Source of the DNA: Guillardia theta CCMP2712
Lineage: Eukaryota > Protista > Cryptophyta
Direction: 5' to 3'
Length of the DNA: 63,922 nt
Assembly: GCF_000315625.1 (NCBI RefSeq)
Contig: NW_005434648.1
Coordinates: 124,079 to 188,000, forward strand
Each line of letters begins with the position of its first letter. The stretch's first letter is position 1. Positions 39,873-49,016 of the stretch are shown one piece after another. The notes below the pieces were generated by a model. The model made no database searches and was not told the origin of the DNA. It worked only from the letters and a program-made list of their open reading frames with translations. Position numbers and translations under genes: made by a program.

Positions 39873-40165
39873 AGAAAGCAAACAGTGTCTTGAACTTCAT
39901 GAGTCGAAGCATGTCCAGGTTGGGCAAGGCTCGTGAAGGAGACATTTAATGGAACCTCGGAGCTGCCTACAAGCAGTGTCTGGTCCGCGAGCTACGGTGA
40001 TCCGTCGGAAACAGCTACGGTGATCTGTCGGAAACCCGAAGACGCCAAGCTTGTGGGGGAAGGATGAGAACGATAAAGACGATTCCCCTGGCTCCTGGAG
40101 AGCCAGTTTCCAGGACATCTTGGAGGAGAACGCAAAGTTTCCGCATGCAATCTGAGTATATCCTC

Positions 40166-40980
40166 ATTCCGTGGTCAGTCCTACGAAGTATGAGCGGGGT
40201 CAGGAGTACGACGGAGTCCAGATATGCAAGTCGGATCCCGAGGCACTGACACGCTTTAACGGGGAACAGTCGACGGAGCAATCTAGCCTCGTCTGTAGGG
40301 CAAGAGGCCTGTTCCGACTCCAAACGAGAATGTGCAGGGCAAGGAGAAGAAATTCGACAAGAAAAAGGTAAAATGCGACAATTGCCAGCTGTTTGGTCAT
40401 TTCAAAGACAAGTGTCCTCTTTTGCCCAAGTCTGAGCGATCCTGATATACCTCCATCTGCAGGCGGCTACGGGCCGTTCAACAATGCCGTATAACTGTTG
40501 AACCTCGTTGAATCAAGTCTTTACCAATGGTTCCCATGTCAATTCAGTACAAGGCACAAACTATTATTCTTAACGCATTGCTCGACACGGCGGCTGAGGC
40601 TGAGTCTTTGATCAGTAGGGTTGCAGTGCGTAAATTTGGTCTGTCACCTGGTTTAGGGTTTAGGTGTACGTTCTGCGACGACTTGAACCTCGATCGCAAG
40701 TTTCCTCGACCTCCTCACCATGGCCGCTCACAACATGAGGGAAGGACAGACCCTTGTAGCTGATGAGGCCGGTGATTGAAGGAATCAGATGACTCTGAGC
40801 ATATTGATGTCTCATACATGATGACAATGAGTGAAGGTTAAAACCAACAGCAACCAATGTCACTCCACGTTGAGCCAACACACGTTGACTGTGCTCACAC
40901 CTCTCAGTGTTCGTACAAATTTCAAAGCATCTTTTGGTAATGGTTAAAACGCTGCCTCTGATTTTATGCTAGCTTGCTCT
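40166..40980 (+). mobile_element. Decayed retroelement gag/protease remnant, left direct repeat
   Basis: CCHC knuckle CDNCQLFGHFKDKC (40374-40415), then aspartic-protease-like NALLDTAAEAESLIS (about 40572-40616). Interrupted by stops and frameshifts. Confidence 0.75.
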
Positions 40981-41068
40981 GAGGCGGCTGTGGTATAGTC
41001 TATTTGTCTGCCTGGCTTGCTGCTACTAGAGTAATAATATCTTCCTATCGTTGAGTAAAGGGTTGCTA

Positions 41069-41308
41069 GGAGGAGACACAGGAGGAGCGCCAGGAGGAGA
41101 TACAGGAGGAGCGCTAGGAGGAGATACAGGAGGAGCGCTAGGAGGAGATACAGGAGGAGCGCTAGGAGGAGATACAGGAGGAGCGCTAGGAGGAGATACA
41201 GGAGGAGCGCTAGGAGGAGATACAGGAGGAGCGCTAGGAGGAGATACAGGAGGAGCGCTAGGAGGAGATACAGGAGGAGCGCTAGGAGGAGATACAGGAG
41301 GAGCGCTA
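41069..41308. repeat. 24-bp minisatellite, 10 copies (GGAGGAGATACAGGAGGAGCGCTA)
   Basis: Nine identical units and one variant. The minus strand reads (PPSAPPVS)n. Confidence 0.95.
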
Positions 41309-41779
41309 GGAGGAGTTGCAGGAGTTGCAGGCCGCCTCGGAGGAGAGAAGCAAAACCAAACTGTAGGCGACAGAGGCGGATCAAGGAGCTTGGACACATT
41401 GAAACGCAGGGTCAGCCAGTAAGTGCTTCATCCTTGCATACTGGTAACAACGGGATAGACGTGTGGGCGTAGGGAGTAGGGTTTATTGTTGGTGGTACAT
41501 TCGGATTATGGTAGAGTAGGCGTAAGAATGCGTATAGAGGAAGAGGGAGGAGATGAGAGCAGCAGAAAAGAGCAGAAACTCTTGCTGAAGATCGCCAGCT
41601 GTTAGGATCTTGCATAACGAAGTCGTGGTGCATGCTGATGATGATGGAATGAAAATCACAGGTAGAGGAAAGTGATAAGTATTAGGCGAGAGAGATTAAG
41701 GTGGGGTGATGAAGAACAGGTGATAATGAGCTGTGGCAGGGAGCTGGGAGGGCAAACAAGGAATAGGGGAATTGATCGT

Positions 41780-44362
41780 ATGCGAGTAAAGCTCGTTTCC
41801 CGACTACATATTTGCTTTGCAACAGCCTATTTGCTAGGGATGATCGTCGCAAGTAGCACTGCTACTCGTCCAATTTCAACTAGTGAGAGCTCAGGATCAT
41901 CAAGTGCGTCTCACAATCATTTCCCCAAGCGACCGCGGAGGAGTGCAGATAGAGTTTTGGTCTATTCTGCCATGCAGGATCCTTATATCAAATACCTGAT
42001 GGAAGAGCTTGGAAAATGCAATGACGAGCGCAAAATCGCGAAACTCAATCTGGAGCTAAAGACGGCACTAGACAAGCTGGCATTGAGGGAAGAGCGTCTG
42101 AGGCTTGAGGGGGTGATGGACACGTGCCAAAACCCGGAAAGGAAGGAGGAGCTAAAGGCGGCACTAGACAAGCTGGCGTTGAAGGAAGAGTTGATAAGGC
42201 ATGAGGAGAATATCCGAGAAGAGCGGATGAGGGCTGAACAGAGAATGAAAAAAGAGCGTCTGAGGCTTGAGAGGAAGATGGACACGTGCCAAAACCCGGA
42301 AAGGAAGGAGGAGCTAAAGGCAGCACTAGACAAGCTGGCGTTGAGGGAAGAGCGTCTGAGGCTTGAGGGGGTGATGGACACGTGCCAAAACCCGGAAAGG
42401 AAGGAGGTGCTAAAGGCGGCACTAGACAAGCTGGCGTTGAGGGAAGAGTTGATAAGGCATGAGGAGAATATCCGAGCAGAGCGGATGAGGGCTGAACAGA
42501 GAATGAAAAAAGAGCGTCTGAGGCTTGAGGGGAAGATGGACACGTGCCAAAACCCGGAAAGGAAGGAGGAGCTAAAGGCAGCACTAGACAAGCTGGCATT
42601 GAGGGAAGAGCGTCTGAGGCTTGAGGGGGTGATGGACACGTGCCAAAACCCGGAAAGGAAGGAGGTGCTAAAGGCGGCACTAGACAAGCTGACGTTGAGG
42701 GAAGAGCGTCTGAGGCTTGAGGGGGTGATGGTGGACACGTGCCACAACCCGGAAAGGATGGAGGAGCTGAAATGCAGATGGAAGCAATTTGAGAGACAAA
42801 TTTATCGAACACCAATACAACTATCATCGTTCTTAGCAATCAGGAAGATACCAGAATACCGTAACAATTCCGAGTTTATCAGGTTTCCAGCCCAGTATCT
42901 AAAATTTGCAGGTGTTGGGGAACATTTGGCGGAGAAGGAAAATGATAGCATGGATGCTATGGTATACTGTCGACAGGCAGTCCAAGAGCAAATGAAATTC
43001 ATGCAAGAAGCAGTGATAAAGAGAGGTTGCTTTGGATGGGTGAATGGATCGCCAGGGACCGGAAAGTCATTGACGGCGCTTGCCTTTTGTCTCGGACTTA
43101 ACAGTAGCGCATGGAATGTTTGCTGGCTTCATTTGTCAAGGTTCAATTCACCGGAAGGGCTTCTCAGGAACGAGCAAGGTGTTCGCGCAGTAAAGCTCTT
43201 AAGTTACTCTGATCAAGACATGCTGAGTTGCCTGGGACTGACTGAGTCCAATCGTCCGGCGTTGATCATTCTAGATGGATACCGGAAGTCGGAGCGATGT
43301 GAATCGCTGGTTGAATTATTGAGCGATTGGCGAAATCAAGACAAGAGTATGCGTCGTTTACTTGTTGTGACTTCTATGTCAGGGAACATTAAAATTCAAG
43401 GAGGAGAAGATACTAGACTTGAAATGGAGTTTTTCTTTGTCAATCCATGGACAGAGCAGGAATATCTTTCTGCCGTAAAGTGCAACGAGTTCTACGAATT
43501 GGTGAAGGAAAACCTTGATTCGGAGATGGTCCTGGAATCTCATGGCAATCAGAGTGATCGTAGGATCAGAATTCAATCGAAGTATTTTTATGCTGGAAAG
43601 TCATCGAGGTGCATGTTTGCATGGAATACGTCAGAGGTGATAAAACGGCTTAGACGAGTCTTGACTGCTGTCCAAAACTTTGAATCACATATGAGTTCGG
43701 GAACGCAGTCTCCAAATTTGATCGACGGCTTGTTCTCAGTAAGAAGAGATGCCGTCAGCCAAAGTGATTGCCTGACATTTGTCAGTGAATATGTGGCATT
43801 CGAATTTGCCATTCGCATGGGCCCAGACCGATTAAGAAAGTGCGCAGCATTGTTCGAACCAAACGATCCGATAATGCAAGGGAAATTTTTCGAAATATTG
43901 TTTTTTGCCACGATTGCTGCACAAGACCTTCAGATTTTCTGGAGAGTTGGAGGAAATGGCACAGAAATCTGGCCTAAAGGTGTGGTCAAGATAGTGTCAA
44001 ACGATCTCGATCAGACTTTTTTCGATGGGAATGAAAATGGTTTGTGGGCAAAGCCATTCAACTTCAATCATCCAGCCTATGATGGTGTTTTTCTGAACAA
44101 GACAGATGGATCAGTGCGCTTCGTGCAAGTAACAATCGCCAAAGAGCACTCGTTGAACCTTGCTCCATGTGCAAAGTTCTTGGAAAAACTGACAAATATT
44201 GGCTTCTGCGTCAGAAATGTGGAATTCTACTTCGTTGTGCCTAAAGCACTTGAGCGCTTTAAGGTATCAAATTTTTCTAATCCTAACGCATTGACAGACT
44301 ATGGTTGGGAAATTGGTACGGAATGGAACAAAATTCCAGTAGTAGGCATCGATATCAAATAG
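41780..44362 (+). CDS. Crinkler/RHS-type (CR) protein: helical repeats + P-loop NTPase + restriction-endonuclease-fold domain; intronless; start 41780 or 41972
   Basis: Walker A GSPGTGKS (43046-43069), Walker B LIILDG, LLVVTS, FFVNPWTEQEY, KYFYAGKSSR, GKFFE, LWAKPFNFNHPAYDGVF..VRFVQVTIAKEHSL, VEFYFVVP. These motifs are characteristic of CRN NTPase+REase C-termini. Confidence 0.85.
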   Translation: MRVKLVSRLHICFATAYLLGMIVASSTATRPISTSESSGSSSASHNHFPKRPRRSADRVLVYSAMQDPYIKYLMEELGKCNDERKIAKLNLELKTALDKLALREERLRLEGVMDTCQNPERKEELKAALDKLALKEELIRHEENIREERMRAEQRMKKERLRLERKMDTCQNPERKEELKAALDKLALREERLRLEGVMDTCQNPERKEVLKAALDKLALREELIRHEENIRAERMRAEQRMKKERLRLEGKMDTCQNPERKEELKAALDKLALREERLRLEGVMDTCQNPERKEVLKAALDKLTLREERLRLEGVMVDTCHNPERMEELKCRWKQFERQIYRTPIQLSSFLAIRKIPEYRNNSEFIRFPAQYLKFAGVGEHLAEKENDSMDAMVYCRQAVQEQMKFMQEAVIKRGCFGWVNGSPGTGKSLTALAFCLGLNSSAWNVCWLHLSRFNSPEGLLRNEQGVRAVKLLSYSDQDMLSCLGLTESNRPALIILDGYRKSERCESLVELLSDWRNQDKSMRRLLVVTSMSGNIKIQGGEDTRLEMEFFFVNPWTEQEYLSAVKCNEFYELVKENLDSEMVLESHGNQSDRRIRIQSKYFYAGKSSRCMFAWNTSEVIKRLRRVLTAVQNFESHMSSGTQSPNLIDGLFSVRRDAVSQSDCLTFVSEYVAFEFAIRMGPDRLRKCAALFEPNDPIMQGKFFEILFFATIAAQDLQIFWRVGGNGTEIWPKGVVKIVSNDLDQTFFDGNENGLWAKPFNFNHPAYDGVFLNKTDGSVRFVQVTIAKEHSLNLAPCAKFLEKLTNIGFCVRNVEFYFVVPKALERFKVSNFSNPNALTDYGWEIGTEWNKIPVVGIDIK
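42058..42770 (+). repeat. Coding repeats A (96 bp, 32 aa) and B (162 bp, 54 aa) in the order A-B-A-B-A-A'
   Basis: KAALDKLALREERLRLEGVMDTCQNPERKEEL units; 258-bp higher-order period; near-identical at DNA level. Confidence 0.93.
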
Positions 44363-44910
44363 CTATTGTGAATCTAGAGTGTGATACAAGCTGTTGCTCT
44401 GATCAATAGATTTCAATTAAACCCCCTGTGGTTCTCATCCGAATTTGTGGCGCATGAGCATACTTTCAATGAAGGTTACATTCATGATACATCATTACAT
44501 TCGAATGAGTATTCATCAGAGGGTCCATTTTGAAGAGAGCTTCCAGAATGATGCTAACCTTTGATGAATCTCAAGTCGTTACTATTGCTCGCAGGGAGGC
44601 ACGTCCCAACCTCGTATCATATCCTTTCTACCTTCGATCAACACATGATCTGTTCAAAGTTGACGTCCTTCCTATATCTTCTTTCTTTCTGAGCTTCCCT
44701 GTCGTTGATCGTTCTCAAAGCAGAAGGGGCAAGCAGAAGGATGTTTGTGCATGGCCCGTCTGCTTGAAGTGCTGTGCTCATCATCTCCGACCGCAAAAAC
44801 GTCTCTCGACCTACGAGTTTGATGTCAACCTTCTCGTAGCAGCAAGTCAACCGGAAACTTCACGAGAATACTCTCAACCCCCAGCTTGCATGTGCAAATA
44901 AAGAAGCAGG

Positions 44911-45480
44911 ATTCCGTGGTCAGTCCTACGAAGTATGAGTTTGGTCATTTCAAAGACAAGTGTCCTCTTTTGCCCAAGTCTGAGCGATCCTGATATACCT
45001 CCATCTGCAGGCGGCTACGGGCCCTTCAACAATGCCGTATAACTGTTGAACCTCGTTGAATCAAGTCTTTACCAATGGTTCCCATGTCAATTCAGTACAA
45101 GGCAAAAACTATTGTTCTTGACGCATTGCTTGGTCTGTCACCTGGTTTAGGGTTTAGGTGTACGTTCTGCGACGACTTGAACCTCGATCGCAAGTTTCCT
45201 CGACCTCCTCACCGTGGCACAGCAGTTGAGGGAAGGACAGACCCTTGTAGCTGATGAGGCCGGTGATTGAAGGAATCAGATGACTCTGAGCATATTGATG
45301 TCTCATACATGATGACAATGAGTGAAGGTTAAAACCAACAGCAACCAATGTCACTCCACGTTGAGCCAACACACGTTGACTCTGCTCACACCTCTCAGTG
45401 TTCGTACAAATTTCAAACTTGCGGCTTCGTTTGGTAATGGTTAAAACGCTGCCTCTGATTTTATGCTGCTAGCTTGCTCT
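44911..45480 (+). mobile_element. Right direct-repeat copy of 40166-40980 with two internal deletions
   Basis: Colinear from attccgtggtcagtcc to agcttgctct. Lacks the equivalents of about 40195-40391 and about 40583-40636. Confidence 0.9.
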
Positions 45481-45759
45481 TGAGGAGTTACAGGTCTCCA
45501 GAAGGGTCCATGCTTCCAACAAAACGTTGGCGAGGCACAAGGAGCGCAACGGGAGCTCAGCGACTGTGAAGCTTCTGCTCCCAAGCAATCACACCGCCAA
45601 GACTTCCGCCCCCGACCATGTTCGGTTGTTCCAGAAGATCCATGCTGCATTCGAGGGCCTCCAGGACAACGAGGAGACGGACTCCTGCGAGACAGCAGAG
45701 CCTGGAATGAGACGATGACCGTGAGCATTTCTTCTGCCTGACGGTGAGGGAGGAGGTTC

Positions 45760-47080
45760 ATGTTGGAACCAACTTTGTCATGATGAGAAACGTCTCAAGC
45801 TGGCAGCGATGCTGCCGAGCCTGCCGGTTGTTTGTGAGGGAGAGGCACATGAAGTGATGGCTATCCCAGGTTGGATCATAGTTGCACGTTCTGGACATGG
45901 TCGTCATATTTTCATGTGATTCATCTTTCGATGAATCATGTACTTGGATCGAACAACTTGATTTCAGGCAGTCAAAGCGTTGAGGAAAAATTGCTGCTGG
46001 TTGAAGACACAAGTATTCGCAAGCAGACGCATCCAGCCCTGATGAGGTAGATCACTCTTCCTCTTCCATCACTCATCAACTTCACCGTCAGCTCACTTGT
46101 CTCTGGGAGCATTCCTTCCAGACTTCCTCCCTCGCTATTCCATGATGATTGTCACAATATCACGTTAGCGCGTCATGGTAAGGCGCAAAGAAACATGTTT
46201 GCTCCTCCAGAGGGCTGCAGTCTGAGCGGTTGATGCAGGGAGCTCAACAAGCGTCATGTCAAGGCTGAAGCATCTGGGTGGAGAGCTCTTGCGCTTGATC
46301 TGGAGGCTGTGAGATTTGTTGAAGGGCCGTGGACAGCAAGCGACAACGAGCAGCGCGTGTCTCAAGTTGCTCATTTCATTCACTACTACGACTCTTCTAT
46401 CAGACCTCTGCATGCCTGCAAGATTGAAGCCTTTCTCAACAAGAATCCAGGTGCCCTTCCTTGTTATCTCCTGTCTCCGGTGACTCTGACGTCGTCCGGC
46501 TATACAAGGGCACACAGCACTTGTTCATGTCAAGAACTCAGAGACTCTCTCAAGATCTTTCCCTGGTGATTTGACGTCTCGCTGGAACTTTGCGATGACC
46601 TTGGCTCCAGTCAAGTCAGAGAGGGTTCAGCTTCGGGTCATCAACCTGACTGAAGACTTTCATGCGACGCCCATGGAGGTTGTGCTGAGATCAAATCATT
46701 CACCTGCTTCTCATTCACATGGCAGGAATGGTTCCAATCAGGTGTATGGCAGGTACGTCGAGGCTTTATCTCTCCTGTCTTGCGACGCTCAACTCTGATC
46801 GGGCTGTTTCTGTTGTGCAGACCGCCCTTCACAAGGCTTTAGACTTGTGCGATGGTCTTCGGCTTGCGATCATCTACAAGTACGGAGGTCGCAGTGAGGG
46901 AGAGGGAGTGACCGTGTGCTGAACTCTGTGCCAGGCTGCTACGTCGACCTGGATATGGTCTCTCTCAACAGGATCGACCACAATGGTGATCGCCGCTACC
47001 GACTCTGCTTCATTCTCACTCCTCGCAATGGCGAGCAGGGTCAGTGCTGGTTGCGATGGACGAAGGCCAGAGGTCAACGT
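45760..47080 (-). pseudogene. Possible decayed coding sequence of unknown family
   Basis: Protein-like fragments in shifting frames with in-frame stops, for example DDRKPKTIAQV*SLVKGGLHN and SDLTGAKVIAKFQRDVK. Confidence 0.25.
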
Positions 47081-47746
47081 GGGAGGTGAGGGAAGAGGAG
47101 GGTGCGAGCTCGTAAGGGGATGAAACCAGACGCCCTGGGGAGCGCATTTCTACCTTGGGACCGATTTCTTCCAGTTCCCTCCCCGCCACCAGTTCGTGAA
47201 TGATCTGATGAAGGTATAGACGGCCGGACCAGCGTGTGCGCGGGGGGCAGGTAGACGGGAGAGGAGAAGGAGGGAGAGGAGAAGGAGGGAGAGGAGAAGG
47301 AGGTGGAGGAAGTCAGGAGGAGTTGGGGAGTAACTTGGTCCCCAGAGTTTGCCTTCCCATTTCTCTCCGTCTGGATACGCGCTCCTGGGTCCATCCTTGT
47401 TCAGCGCAGTTTACCAAGACAAGTGCCTGAGGGAGAATGAGGTGAGTGGAACAAACAAGCCGTTGCAGGAGAATCGCAACGAGGACCGACACCTGATTGT
47501 TTTCTGTTCGTTTCTTTTCGTCTTTTCCTCCTCCTCCTCCTCTCCCTTGACATCCTTGCTGGTCTCCTCCTGCTTCTTTGCAGACTCGACCATCCTACTG
47601 CAACTCGATGACGATCTTGGAGCCCAAGGCTTTCCATCCCGTCAACATGTTCAATAGGTTGAGGAGGAATGATGAGGGGCAGGGCAATGACTTGCAAGAC
47701 AACAGCGTCGTTTTGTCGTTCCCTTGGACTGAAAGATGCACGCAAG

Positions 47747-47748
47747 TA

Positions 47749-47780
<32 letters not shown>

Positions 47781-47783
47781 ATG

Positions 47784-47825
<42 letters not shown>

Positions 47826-47828
47826 ATG

Positions 47829-47867
<39 letters not shown>

Positions 47868-47970
47868 ATGGAGATGGAGATGGAGATGGAGATGGAGATG
47901 GAAATGGAGATGGAAATGGAGATGGAGATGATGAGGAGGAGGAGGAAAAGGAGGAAGAAGAGGAGGACTG
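47747..47970. repeat. (GAT)n/(GGAGAT)n compound microsatellite
   Basis: Directly visible. Confidence 0.95.
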
Positions 47971-49016
47971 AGATAACTTTGTATTTTTCAAATCGTCATC
48001 AAGATCAAGGAGATCATTCAGTCTTCGATCGGCATGCATATGTGGGATACCAAACGAGGCTCCCTCAACCTTGACTTGTCAACCAACTCGATGTTGGCGA
48101 AGGTAGTCGAGCACGGGACGGCGTCAGCTGACGGCCCCGCAGATCACTCAAGTCACTTGCCCTCTCTCTTATCAGCTCACGTCTCAAAGGGCCAGCGACC
48201 GCCGACAGCAGGTGACGTTGGAGGCTCCCCGCTTGAGTTACAAGCTGGTCCACAGGTGGAAGGGAGCGAGCTCTGGGATCGACCAGACCTCGTCCCCCGG
48301 AGGATGCACCTCATCGAGTCTGTTCGAAGGAGCGCGAGGGCAGGAGACAAGAATCTCTCCTCCTCTGTCCTTCACTTGACCCTCCTCGCACGGGAGCTGA
48401 GGGAGAAGGCTGACGTGGAGGTAGGACTGACATGCCCCAGCTGGATGTCAGCTGATGTCGATCCCTGCAGGAGAGCCCGAAGGTCTTTTCGCAGCTGTAC
48501 CGCGAGGCTCTTCTCCTCTCCTCCCTCGCGCTGCGCCTGCGACCAAAGGACCCTTGGGCCCTCAAGGAGGCCGAGGAGGCCGGGGGCTCGCTGACGAGGA
48601 AGTGGAGGAGAAGACTGTTAGCGCTCCATCATTCTCGTCTGCCTCATCGCTTCTTGCCGTCGTGATGATGCCGCTCAGCCTTGCTCTCTTCCTATTATCT
48701 CAACACCTCTCGCCCCCTGCTGCTCTTGTTGGCTCTTGGACACAACAAGCAAACGGTAGCTTCTCCTGGATAAATGGATTGATGGATGGATGAATGAATT
48801 TTCCCTCTTTCTCTTTTTCTTTTCTCTTTCTCTGGCTACTCATCACAATACCTGTTTCTGCAATACCTGTTGCTGCAGCGTTTTGAGAAGAGATGAAATT
48901 TATTCTCAAAGGGGATGTTTTGCAATCAGACAAGCTTGAGCTGTCCACCAACGACACGCCACCATCAGACAGGCGACAGATATTTACAGGAGGAGAGGAC
49001 AAGAGCAGCAGGATGA

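Noticed and set aside
41069-41308. 24-bp repeat array as a CRISPR-like array next to a nuclease
   Set aside because: Units are head-to-tail with no unique spacers, and there are no cas-like genes.
41983-42839. Long antisense ORFs over the CR repeats
   Set aside because: They are shadow frames of a stop-poor repeat.
40166-45480. Direct repeats as true LTRs of an intact retrotransposon
   Set aside because: They lack TG...CA ends, I found no TSD, they contain gag/protease sequence themselves, and no RT or integrase motif is visible between them.
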